Shown piece by piece: positions 1 to 12,037 of a DNA stretch of 64,000 nt (its first letter is position 1; each line of letters opens with the position of its first letter). Source of the DNA: Saccostrea cucullata (lineage: Eukaryota); NCBI RefSeq assembly GCF_032062105.1, contig NW_026940736.1, positions 744,001-808,000 on the forward strand, read 5' to 3'. The notes beneath the pieces are model-generated. The model was not told the origin of the DNA and made no database searches. It was given only the letters and a program-made list of their open reading frames with translations. The position numbers and the translations under genes are program-made.

Positions 1-662
1 AAATAGGCATTGTCTTATTTTTGCACGTCATTTTAGACGCTGGACATTTGTGTTGAACTTATAGTCCAATTAATAGCTCCAAAGGATGCAGTTTGATATC
101 AAAATCAATGAAATATTTAAAATTTATATGAAAAGCACATTATTTTGATATAATTTGTTTCTATCTAAAGTTTCTTGTAAATGAGTAAATTTTTTGTTTA
201 TTTTGATATGCACGTTTTTAATAAAAAGCGTTACAGATTCTTCCTTTGTAAAAACTATCGCTCTCTATTTCCAGCCAAAATTTTAATGCAAAATCGTTAA
301 TAAAGCCCCAAACGAAATTGATTGCTGTAGTTTTGAAAGGAAAATAAAAATTCTAATTCACTTTTGAACGCGCTACACACGACAAATGCATGATACCTGC
401 TAAAAAATGTAACGCGTTACACGCTTCAAATACCTTTTATTTGCGCTTTAAAATTCCATTTTTTGCATAAAAAACTATCTAAATGTTATTTTCTTACAAG
501 AATCAAGTAGTTCTGTTTAAACCCTATCCATACATACCAAAATCATCTATATTACGAGTATATTTTAAAAATCACCGATGAGTTTAATAGGTCATATTCT
601 AAAATTGTAAAATGGCACCAACACCGCGCGTAACGTCAGAGCAATCACCCAAGTTAATTAAT

Positions 663-1075
663 TGTAAATGAGAGAGTTAGAAGTTCTGATAGGTTGCAGG
701 TGCGCGGCGCAGGCGTTGTAGCCCTGTTTCCCAAGAGTGTGATTTGAGCTAGTTAGAGAGAAAGCGAGTGGACAAGCATGGATTTATAATTTGTTTATTT
801 GTCATTTCTGTTACCGTTGTTTATTGTGCGTGATAGAGTTCTGAGAGATGAAAGTGAGCACTAGAATGATTTGTGTGAGAAGGTGGGCCCTGGGAACATG
901 AGTGAGAGAGAGGAGGACAAGTCTGAAAGTCAACGAGTGTGGATGTGTTTTTGTATTGTGAACAATTGTGATTTCTTATATATATATCTGTGTTGTAAAT
1001 ATGTAAATAAACGATGTAAATAAAAACTATAGTCATTAATTACCAGTGCCAATGACGGGGAGGACCCCCGTCACA
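663..1075 (+). mobile_element. Probable partial LTR-retrotransposon LTR (3' part) abutting the NHL pseudogene
   Basis: GA/GT-rich block with AATAAA signals (~1005-1024), a subterminal hairpin TGACGGGG-AGGAC-CCCCGTCA (1053-1073) and a ...TCACA end, directly fused to a truncated coding frame. The 5' boundary and TSD were not identified. Confidence 0.45.
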
Positions 1076-1076
1076 C

Positions 1077-1691
1077 ACAGAACAAGGTATTCTATATATT
1101 GCACCGAATAAACGTAATATACACTTATCAGACCGGGAGGGAAAAGTAAGAGATCTCATTACTGTTAATGATTGGGATTTATGTAGTGTCCACAAAAGTC
1201 GTTTGAATGGCAATATCTTTGTTGGGATGAGGAAAGAATGTACAGCAGCTCGAGTCAAGAGGTTCAATGAAAATGGCAAAGTTCTTCAACACGTCCAAGT
1301 TGATAAACAGAAAGTCGGACCAACTCTACATCCACACTTTATAACAGAAAACGGGAATGGCGATGTAATAGTGACAAGTAATGGAATCAAAAAGGTTGTT
1401 GTGATGGACAGATCGGGAAGATACAGATTCACCTATACAGGGAATCCAGAAAACTCGATAGGAAATCCATGAGGAGTAGTGACAGATATTCTAAAGAACA
1501 TTCTTATCTGTGACAGTGATAATAAAAAGATACAGATTATCAACGAGGATGGCGTGTTTCTCGCATACATAGATGTTAATAAGTACGGTTTGCCTTTTGC
1601 TGTTGATATTGATGTTGTGCACAACGTCTGGGTGGGGTTTTTGGGTTCTGGTACGATAAGAAAATTTCGATATCTTCAGGAATGTGACTAA
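1077..1691 (+). pseudogene. NHL/beta-propeller C-terminal fragment of a bivalve TRIM-like protein, 5'-truncated with an in-frame TGA
   Basis: One frame reads TEQGILYIAPNKRNIHLSDREG...PHFITENGNGDVIVT...VVVMDRSGRYRFTYTG...GNP*GVVTDILKNILICDSDNKKIQIINEDGVFL...PFAVDIDVVHNVWVG. ORFs 1203-1472 and 1479-1691 share the frame, separated by TGA at 1470-1472. No upstream B-box or start codon is visible. Confidence 0.8.
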
Positions 1692-1920
1692 CGTCCCTCC
1701 TTTCCACTAGCATGCAAGAAATCTTGTCAGAATGTGAAAATCTGTTGTTGTTTTTTATTATTATAATCAAAATCAAGTGATTAAGAATTATTTACGATTA
1801 AAGTTTAATTTCAATCATTATTGAATAGGAATATTTATCTAGATAAAAAACAAATGAAAATTATACAACATAATTATTAAAGGTTTAATTTTTTAAAAGC
1901 AATTAATTAAACAATGACTA

Positions 1921-2127
1921 CCGTATAAGTAGAATTTTTAGCGAGGATTTAATTTTGGCATTATTAGCGAGGGTCCTGAGATCGCTAATAATTAATTGCA
2001 TTTATCTGTAAAAGCTCCTTTAGTAAACATTTTAAAATCGTTAAAATTACCTCTCGCTAAAAATAAATAACATTTTTTAAGGAGAAATCGCTAAATGTGC
2101 GTCTCGCTAAAATTTCCACTTATACGG
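1921..2127. mobile_element. Tc1/mariner-type MITE
   Basis: TIRs CCGTATAAGTAGAATTTTTAGCGAG / CTCGCTAAAATTTCCACTTATACGG, flanked by TA on both sides. Confidence 0.8.
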
Positions 2128-3433
2128 TATTTATATTGAATACATGTACAAGTGGAGAAAAATATGCTCATTTAAGAAAATAATAATGAAAAAAATGATC
2201 AAGTAGAAAAATCCAACATGTGTACAATAAAAATAGACAATTGATAACGTTGACAACTTACCTGGGTATTACAAAGACAGTACAGTAAGAGTGATCGTTC
2301 CTTTCATGTAAGAAGTTGTGATCAGTAATTTTATCCACTTCCAGTAGGAAACACATTTTAGAAAACAATATTTTAAAATTAGAAAAATGACAATCAGCTT
2401 AAAAGATATGTCTTCACTTTTAGTTTGACTGAAAGTTGTAATAATACAAACATGATAAAAAAATGATATAACTGTTTTTCATCGTTAGGTTAATCCACAT
2501 ACGTAAATGTATTGTTTCACGTTGTCAAATTCAAAATTTATTTTCGTTTCTGAATTTCTCAAAGATTAACCAAATGACTAACACATTTTAATTGAAATCA
2601 CGAAAGTTTATAGCAAAAGCATTTCACTTTAAATCAAACCGAATAGATTGTGGACTTTTCTGCAACCATCATTTTTGAATCTTTACAAATTTATATCGCT
2701 TAAAATTTCAAGGTTTTTTTTTTTAAATAAAAGTTTGTATCATCTGTCCTTAACCTTTAAAAATATTGGTCCTAGCACATTTGGTTGCAAACATTTTTCA
2801 ATCCTTTTTATTAATTTGAATAGGAAAGAGCATCCAAATTATTTTTGTGCATCAAAATTAGTAAAACATTACCAGTCAATATGGGACGCTTTTTTCTCTT
2901 TCTTTAATTTTTTTCATACGCAACGTACCTTACCGATTGATAATTTTTCAAGATATTCTTAAAATTTAAAAATTATCGTCAGATGTTCAAAGACAAAAAA
3001 ATCAGCATGCATTACAGGGGTTTTTAAAAGATATTGATTGGTGAAAATTTCTGGATGATTCAACGAAAAATGTATTTAAAAAATACTTAACATATATTCT
3101 AGATGTTTCTTTAATATAAAATTGTTATAGAAGAAGTGTACAACACTATAAGATAAGATAATTTTATTTCCAATTTTGGGCCCAGAAGGCATAAAGGTTT
3201 CTTACAATGACAAGATAGAAAGTTCTGAAAGAAAGGTTAGTAAACATATACAAACATAAACACACACACACACATGTATATATCTGATATAATATTACAA
3301 GTAACTGGACATGTAGATGCAGCAGTTGGGGTTATCAAATTGTTAATTAACACTATATATAGAAGTTAAAATACAACACAGTTCCTTCAAAAAGCCAAAA
3401 AAAAAACTATACATTGCATATAACCTTAAGATA

Positions 3434-3569
3434 TGGCTTCGGGGCCATAAATCTAGATGAGTTCACTTTTGATCCGAGTATAATCTTTTACTAAGGATAA
3501 AGTACTGAGTAGTAGTAAAGTGAGAATCAGGTCAAAACTGACCCATCTAGTTGTATGGTCCCGGAGCCA
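3434..3569. mobile_element. Small foldback MITE (~135 bp)
   Basis: Imperfect long inverted repeat TGGCTTCGGGGCCATAAATCTAGATGAGTTCA... / ...TGACCCATCTAGTTGTATGGTCCCGGAGCCA. Confidence 0.6.
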
Positions 3570-4755
3570 GGCGACACCTCTGTAATTTCCAGGATTCTGA
3601 GTCTGTAGGATTACTATTCTTTATCTTCACCTGTTTCATTAAAATAAAACATATATCATGAACAATACTTATTGTATGTGGTTTTTTTTCGTTAAATTAT
3701 GTTGTTTAGTGTCTCTTCCTCATACTTTTATTTTGAAGATTCTTGACACCGCCAAGATGCGTGACAAGTATATTATAAACAGCACAGTCCTTGACTACCT
3801 GTCAAGTATTCTAGAGGTGATTTTAGTACTTTATCGTCTTCTGCTTGGCGCAAGACACCTCTAATTATTTGTCTAATAACTTTACAATGGTGATTTAATC
3901 CCCTCTGACGTTATTTAAAGAAGTCATCAAATTTGTCTAAGAATCTCCCGAGATAAGCGAGCAAACACCGTAAAAGAAGCTGTGTATAGATTTTGTTTGC
4001 AGTTAACCGAAGGAGCAATAAGTGGGGTCATAAAACAGAATACTAAAATCTGTCGTCTCTATTCATAAAAATTAGCAAAGAATTTACTTCAAAATACATG
4101 AGGAAGTATTATGTTTAGTCTAGAAGCTAGAAGACATGATACATGTTACCAGTTAAAAGATATGACATGAACCATACATACAATACAAAACCCGTTCTCT
4201 ATTGTTGGGTATGTTACGTGATCTTGTTCTGTCCATCTGTCACATTAACTTCTCCCTCAAATTCGGTTTATATATTTTCCCTTGTACCCAAATTCATCTT
4301 TTAGGACATGAGTTGTGGTGTCCATGTATATGCAGTAAGATTTTTAAGTTTTCAAATTCAACCTTGGAAACAAATTGGCAAGTCAAAAATAAATTATTTT
4401 TCCTTAAAAACATTCTGGGAACATTCTAGTTCTAAAGGTCTTCCTATATTCTATAGCCAAATAATCTCTGGAGTACATGTATATATGTGCAATAAGGGAT
4501 TGGATTTTTTTTCTAAACGCAGGAGTTAATTTAACTCTGATTGATGTGATTGTTGGTTTATATTTTTATTATATGAAAAACGTTTCTTGTCCTTTTTTTC
4601 ACTATTCATTTCTAAATGATTTCATATATTTGAATGTGATAAATAAATGACACTAAAAGCAAAAAGATAGTTCCATCGCTCTTTACTAAAAATTTTCAAA
4701 ACAAAAACACACAAAAAGACATTCAAAATGTGTCTGTATATAACAAAGCAGCTGT

Positions 4756-6003
4756 TCATAACATAAAACAAGAGTGGTAAGTTTCTCCGGTTTGTTCAAG
4801 CTTATACCACCTTGTATACGGTTCACCGAAGCAGAGCTCCTCAAACTGAATGGTCATCTGGCCAATACAGAAGTTCCTACCGTATTTATTATAGTGCCAA
4901 ACTGTTACCAGTAATTCTGAATCTTGTAAGTCCGATTTTGATATAAAATACTGAAATAAAAAGAAAAAAGGGTTTGATTCAAGAAAGTCCTTTAAGGATT
5001 ATTATTTTAATCAAAGGAAATGCTAATATAAAGTTACATATATCTACCTAGAGTGTTACATTAATGTATTGTTCTATAATTTGATTTGTTGAAAACAAGT
5101 GAAAACAAGAAATCTGAGCCAATGCTCGCTAGTAATACCCCCGCTCTGATGTAAATTATAAAGCACTATCATGTTAATATACTGTTTACACAAGTTCAAT
5201 TACAGACAGATGAAGTTGACATCAGATTCATATCAAAATTAGTCCCACCATATGGCATGCCTCAACAAAGTCGGTAATGAAATTTCAAGCATCTGCTATG
5301 AAAAGCTAATGAGAAAACTGCTACGAAGATTTGTCATGTATAAAAGGGACAGACGCTCAGACAAACAGGAAGTTGATATCGGATTTAAACAAAAATGTAT
5401 CCCACCAAATGGCACGCCTCAGAGAAGATTGTGTTAAAATTTCAAGCATCTGCGATGAGTAGTTGCTGAGAAAACTGTGACGAAAATTCGTTATATATGA
5501 AACGGTCAGACGCACAGACAAACAGGAAGTTGACATCGGATTTAAACAAAATTGTATCCCACCATATGGCATGCCTCAGAGAAGATTGTGTTAAAATTTC
5601 AAGCATCTACCTTGAGTAGTTGCTGAGAAAACTGTGACGAAAATTTGTTATGTATGAAACGGACAGACGCACAGACAAACAGGAAGTTGACATCGTATTT
5701 AAACAAAAATGTATCCCACCATATGGCATGCCTCAGAGAAGATTGTGTAAAAATTTCAAGCATATACGATGAGTAGTTGCTGAGGAAACTGCGACGAAAA
5801 TTTGTTATGTATGAAATGGACAGACGCACAGACAAACAGGAAGTTGACATCGGATTTGAGCAAAACTGTATCCCAATATCCCAACATATGGCATGCCTCA
5901 GAGAAGACTGTGTTAAAATTTCAAGCATCTACTATGAGTAGTTGCTGAGAAAACTGTGACGAAAATTTGTTTCGGACGGACACACGGACACACGGACGCA
6001 CAG

Positions 6004-6034
<31 letters not shown>

Positions 6035-8769
6035 CACAAGGGTAAAACAGTATACCCCCCTCTCCTTCGGAGCGGGGGTATAAATATTTTTGAAGAGTTA
6101 AAAAAGTTTAATGACTATAAAATACTTGTTATTTCCATTTTGATGAGGTAATGCAAATGTTGATGTTGCTCTAAGATTCTGTACATTTATGTAACATATC
6201 TCCTCATAATTGCAAAAAATGAAAGAGGATGAATTCTATAGTTCATAGGATAAATGGTCGATTTCCTAACATGATTTAAGCTGCTAAAAATATATTTTAG
6301 ACATTGGTTAGTTCAATAAATGACATTTTCACTCACTTGTTTTCTTAAAAAATTTATACACGAGGTTAAGCAAAAGCAAGCTGCGAATAGCCAGATTTGT
6401 CTTCTCTGGTTACAGGAAAAGAACTATATGCGGTATATTGCATATATTTGCCCCCACAAAAGTCAAATTTTGAAAACTTCCTGAAATGTGCTGAATTCAA
6501 TAAATTGTATGAGAAATATAAATTAACAGAAAATATTATAGTTTCAAAGCAGTGTATTCAAATTTTTTTGTTTTAATGACGTCATAAACTAGTCTTATTT
6601 TATATCCTTTTTCAGAAAGAGGACAAAATGGACAAAATTTCAACACTTTTAGCTTTAAAATATATACAGCGCAAGTTTGTTCAGGAACAATATTGACATA
6701 TTTCATTGATATTATCATTTTACATATTATATCAAAATCTTGATCCTGAACACACATACGCTCGGTGACTTCTACTCAAAATACCGACGAAATATGTAAA
6801 TTTTTCTGTAGAATTCATAAAAAAAAGAAATTTACGTCATGTTTGTGACATCATATCGTACATATGACGTCATTACTTATGAAATTATTCATTGCGTTGA
6901 AGTCAGCATATATTCCCCTGTTTAAGAACTTAATGAAATATATCTCCATCAAAGTTTGATTTGGGGGGCAAATATTGGTTATTACCGAATAAAGTTCTTT
7001 GTAGATACACTATAATATATTTCATTATTGTCATGGAAATATTATTTGACCAAAGAATTCAATTATTATCCTGCGTCTGTGTTTTGTAACTAACCTAGAG
7101 AAAGGTTGCAAAGGATAAAACTTATAACAATGCTCTCTAATTTACTTAAGTATGTTTCATCATACCCGAAATAATTCATAGAACCTCGGATTGGTTGAGG
7201 ATGGCATGACCTTTGTTTTCCTTTTGCCGTATTTGATATCTGCGATAACTAAATATGATTTAACATATCTGAAATGAAGAACACAGAGATAATCATTCAA
7301 ATTTAAGTAAGGTACTTTAAAGTAGTTCTTTTACTTAATTTAAATCGAATAACATATTCAAAATAGCATTGTCCCAGTGAGAGATTGGTTTACTTAAACG
7401 TATCTTGTTTTAGCATGACTGATTTGATTAAGATGAAATTAATCTGGATTTCGATTTTCAGGATTCCCCCTTTAAAATCTATCTTACGGATTTGACTGTT
7501 GTTTCTTCCAATCCACAAAAGGGAGGTTACGACATTCCATAATGGACACATCTAGACTCTTCAAGTTATTGTTGTATTTCAATCCTAGGCATATAGCAGG
7601 GGCAGTATCCCTCTAAAGTGAAAGTTTAAGGAAAAATTTATAAAATACACAAAACTATTGAAGCTAGTAAAAAGCTAAACAAAAATGCGAAAACAAAATT
7701 GTTTGATATAAAGCAGTAAAGATAATGGAAAGTAGCGGAATGCATTTTAAAACTTACCACATGATCGTTGGCCTTAGAATCCAAAGCAATGCTGTATCTA
7801 GAGCTTTCTGAATTAAACATTTAAAAGTTGATAATCACAGTACTAAAATTCAGTTCATTATCATTTTATGTAAGTAAAATATAATTGTATTTAGTATGAG
7901 TTAGTTAATCATTTCAGAGCAAAAAAAAACCCGACCTTTTTTCTTCTTATCTAGAAGATCATCAAAAGATGAAAACGAGTTTTCGGTTTCATCTTTCGGA
8001 CTCTGTTCCTCAAACTGGGAAATACAATAGCTTTCTGTGTCGTCTTCACAATAAACAATGGTCTCTAAACATGGACTCTCTGGCGAGATCCTGTACCAGT
8101 TTGTTTCCCTCCAGAAAGTCTCAGGATAAGCAGGATCTCCGACAATTCCAGATCCTAAAGAAAAGAGGGACTTGAATTACTAGTTCCATGTATTTGTAAA
8201 GTTGATATATACACATCTAATGAAATTGTCGATTATTGTGTTGGTGAAATTAACATGGATATTATTTACAGATGTAAATAATGAGTATTCTGTAATTGAG
8301 AATGAAGTTTTTTTTATCATTTATTACAATGACGAAACAAATGTAAAATTTGTGTAACAATATACATCGCCGGAAAACCACGGTTAATTTCGATGGAGAG
8401 ATGATGAGTAAAACATAATCAGCCGTTGGTTTCCGACGATATTAACTTTATTACAAAACAAGTTTGAGGAAAATTCTAAGAATGTTTGGTACTGTATTCC
8501 TTTTTATGTTTTTTTTTTCTACATAACTTGAGACATAGGCTCAATTTCTGTTTAACTTCCTTTAAACTTAAAGAGTATTTGAATAAATTAATATAATTAA
8601 TAAATAGTACTTTACCTGTATAATTCCATAATAAAATTTCAAGGCACCAATCCATGATCATCACGGAAAGAACTTCGTGATTTTTCCCACTAACTGGACA
8701 ATGAAGATTTCTGGTCAATGGTCTAACATTTTCAAACCAGTCGTACTCTTGACAATTGCGTAAATACAT
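4756..8769 (-). CDS. Single-C2-domain protein, similar to the C2A domain of synaptotagmin-like proteins (Slp4/5 type), ~281 aa, 6 coding exons
   Basis: Exons 8769-8616, 8154-7936, 7807-7758, 7612-7488, 7268-7166, 4950-4756. All introns are GT-AG and in phase; total 846 nt. The C2 domain reads AICLGLKYNNNLKSLDVSIMECRNLPFVDWKKQQSNPYVKSYL...GKRKTKVMPSSTNPRFYELFRYFISKSDLQDSELLVTVWHYNKYGRNFCIGQMTI...RWYKL. The start codon is the least certain part. Confidence 0.85.
5102..6083 (+). mobile_element. Helentron-associated non-autonomous element (HINE) with an internal ~157 bp tandem array, in the last intron of the C2 gene
   Basis: 5' AAACAAG...ATACCCCCGCTC subterminal repeat, ~5 copies of a 156-157 bp unit (CAGACAAACAGGAAGTTGA at 5358, 5515, 5672, 5828), a (GACA)n microsatellite at ~5975-6035, and a 3' hairpin TATACCCCCCTCTCC-TTC-GGAGCGGGGGTATA. 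Confidence 0.85.
6418..6999. mobile_element. TIR MITE (~580 bp)
   Basis: Imperfect TIRs AAGAACTATATGCGGTATA...ATATTTGCCCCCA / TGGGGGGCAAATATT...TACCGAATAAAGTTCTT. The interior (6570-6740) recurs near-identically at ~63340-63510. Confidence 0.7.
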
Positions 8770-9044
8770 ATAGCAATTTTATTCGAATCTGTCTTGATAA
8801 TTCGTGGTCTTTTCATCAATTTGATCTGCCCTCGTCGTGAACTTGTTACATTACAATAGGAAGAATTTCTTGTAATTCTATGGACATAAATATATTACAG
8901 GATGGTGAAACGTAAAACCGTGCTTCGAGGTTCTAAAACTTAAATTCAATTCTAAAAATAATAAATCTTTGAAAATTAAATAAGGTCGCTAAAATAACAT
9001 CACCAGAATTTCATACTTTTTCGAAAATATTTTTACTTCTGTAT

Positions 9045-9480
9045 CAATATATCCTTATCACCTGCATATGGATTTTTTTATGCGCAACAGCATTACGTAC
9101 ATGTTCAAAATCGAGGTAAGTTGAGAAACACGTTTATTATAATAGAATATCAAGAATATTATTTCAAGTCATCAATTCGCGAGTTCTATACATTGACCTT
9201 GTCAGCAAATACGACCTATCATTAAGGCAAATCCAGGTGGACGTTTTACAAACTAATTGTTAGACCATCATCAATATACTGAATTACAAACGGATTTTTT
9301 TTTCTGTTATTTCCCGATGATGTCAAGGAGCAAATAGTGGGTTTGATCGATCGGCAGTAGATGCTCACTCCTCTATGGCACCTGATCCCACCTCTGATAT
9401 TTCAGACATCCGTATCTGTTCTTCTCCTGATTTGGATTGTTTCAATGGACTTTTGAATTTGAATATTGTTCGTTGTATCC
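9045..9480 (+). mobile_element. Degenerate 3' remnant of a Penelope-like retroelement (RT C-terminus and 3' flank)
   Basis: Broken frames give SPAYGFF and KSSIREFY..DLVSKYDLSLRQI, resembling the SPAYGVYISQL...KSSFRKFYGRY.DLV end of Penelope-type RTs. These are followed by a GATGCTCACTCCTCTATGGCACCTGATCCCACCTCTG motif recognised from memory as a common bivalve repeat. Confidence 0.5.
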
Positions 9481-9603
9481 ATGTTTCTTTTAAGCTTTCT
9501 TCTGCTCTAAGTTCATAAGTACTGAATAATTTTAAGAACCGAGGTTTTTTTTTTTAATTTTGCCATACAGGCACTACATAGACAGATTCGATGCTGACAC
9601 GAA

Positions 9604-10110
9604 TATTATACATTTATTGCATGATAGTGAGGGAAATATGAAGACTAATGCAGCCAAGAAAAATCATATTCCCCGAGGGCTTTGCCGGAGGGGAATATGA
9701 TTTTTCTTGGCTGAATAAGTCTTCATGTTTCCCGAACATTCATGCAATGAATTGTTTATTATACCAAAACAAGCAAAACCTTTGAAAGAAACACGAACTT
9801 TCAAATTCGACACCGCTCTCAAATTCACTTTCATTTTTAACGTAAAAGTTCCTGAAACCTTTTGACACATTTCTCATCAACAATTTTGTGTCGCAAACCA
9901 GTCTATTGTGACGTTGACTACTCTCGGGAGTTTTCTTTATACGAACGATAACTAAATTGCGGGAAAATACAATAGGTTCCGAAGAGGTGGGATATGATGA
10001 AAAGCATGCCGACGACCGGGAAATATGAAGTTTGATGGCCCGATCACGTGATAATCTAGAACCAATCAGATAACGCGTCGTGTAGAATAATTATAATGAG
10101 GTATAATAAT
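9604..10110. mobile_element. Probable MITE
   Basis: Short imperfect terminal inverted repeats (ATTATACATTTATT / AATGAGGTATAAT), an internal palindrome GCAGCCAAGAAAAATCATATTCCCC...GGGGAATATGATTTTTCTTGGCTG, and CpG content higher than the flanks. Confidence 0.55.
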
Positions 10111-12037
10111 ATCACTTCCAGCGTAACTTGACAAACAATACAAGTAAAGTATGGATTAAATATTAAGCCTTGTTCTTTTTTTCTTTAAAAAAGCAAACTT
10201 ATTGTATAAAGGATGTTCATGAATTGACAACCCTTGTAAATTTATTTTCGATCATCGTTTTTGCAGTGCATACATTATGTCATAACTGTGGAAAAGATGA
10301 GGTGTGTATTTTATTGGTGCTATGATATAATTGACTAATCATCAAGGGTTTTTTTAATTACTTAATGATAATCAGTCAAATTTAGCTTTTCAAAACCAGT
10401 TACTCGGACATGTCTTGTTGCTAACTGATATCAAACCTTTGAAAAGAGAAAAACAGAGGAAATTGACATCAATTTTGTAAACGGAAATTGACAGCATGTA
10501 CCATGTTTATTCCTCTTGCTGAACCGGAAACGGTATTGTAGATTGCTATTTAACCTGATCCCGTTTCTCTCCTTCATCGACAGTCATCCTTTGCTAGTCA
10601 GACGGACCATCAGATTAATAAACCATTGTAATCCATCGGTTCACAGAGAGAACATCAATTAACTGTATTAAATATCCATGTGAAGCCACACAATATTTTG
10701 AATTCAATTCATACATAGAGAACTGGGTTAGAAAGTAAGTGGGGGAAAAAATTAGGCCTGTATATTTGCATTAAATATGTATAAATCTTGTTTAAATGTT
10801 CCACGCTTTCTTTCAGGTTAACTGAAGTACGACTTAAAAAAATCGATGGTGTACATGTACTATTTTATACATTCAAACATTATTGTGTTGCAGAAGTCAT
10901 ATTTTAAAATTTAGATTCTAATGTTTTACTATTAAATTGGCCGAAATCTAAGGATATGAAAAATACTATTTCAGATTTCAATTAATCAAAATGCACGACT
11001 TTTTATAACGTCAATCTGAATGGGTTTTTTTTTTTTTACCTTTCCCTCATTTTTATGGTTGCTTCTCCCGTTAAGTGACAGAGGAAAAGTTGATTGCAAT
11101 GTCAACCTAATTAGTGGTAACGACAAATACTTGAGTTATCGACAGAGCTAACCTCTGGTCAACACAATCCAGCCACCCTTCACTTGTTAAACAAATCTCA
11201 AAGTCGATGGACAATGAAAAGTTGTGTTGGTCGTTTAAATAAACTCGCTTTTCAATTAAACCGAGCGGTCCTGCTTTCCGCAAACATAGAAAATTTGCAA
11301 ACCCATTATTTGAACATCTTAACGAGGGAATGTTAAAAGACCGCTATACTGCCACGGCTAGGTGTACCTAACAATTTGAGGCATATTTACTTTCCCCAAA
11401 CAAAATCTAATATTCTAAACAGATTTTATTTACATCAGTGTGGCTATGATTTCTCAATTAGCCCAAATCCAGTCACGGATTTAGCCATTTGCGTCAGGAT
11501 CGAAAGGATCTTTTCCGAACTTACGAATTCATAGGCACTGCATATAGATGCGAACACTTTTCCTCGCCGGTGTTGGGTTTTAAAAAGGGTGAGAAAGGAT
11601 ATAAAAAATCTTATCTTTTTTCTGACTCGTCGTGGAAAGGTAACAGGCAAATTAAAGCCAGTTAGAGCTGACTTTGGAATATATAACGTTCATTTATTAT
11701 TGGAAAAAGGTGGAGAGATACCTATTTATAGTTCTCAGCAGAGCGATGATCGTAAATCCGTTAAAAAGTGCGATTTGCATCATTTTGATAGTAAGGGAGG
11801 ACCCTTGATTTGAATTGAAGTTTGTTTGCAGGTAGACTTTAAAGGATAAACATCTTCAGAAGTTATCAGGCGAAGACATAAATGTATTATTACACCGTTA
11901 TATTAGAACCACGTGGGATATGGGAGGAATTAATACGAAAGTATATTGATTTTTGATGCTAATATTCCAGGAGAGAGAGGGGGAGAAAAAAGTTCGTTAT
12001 AATACTTAGATAATACACTTGGGATTTTCCTCTCAAC

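Noticed and set aside
1470-1472. In-frame TGA as selenocysteine or readthrough
   Set aside because: It falls at a variable position of the NHL P-x-G-[IV] motif, no SECIS-like stem is evident downstream, and the gene is also 5'-truncated. A nonsense mutation is simpler.
2261-2358. Possible minus-strand exon (MCFLLEVDKIT...VIP, donor GTAAGT at 2260)
   Set aside because: Good donor but no recognisable protein similarity and no partner exon in the window. It cannot be supported.
5252-5928. ORFs in the 157 bp array
   Set aside because: Translation of satellite DNA; the frame changes with each unit.
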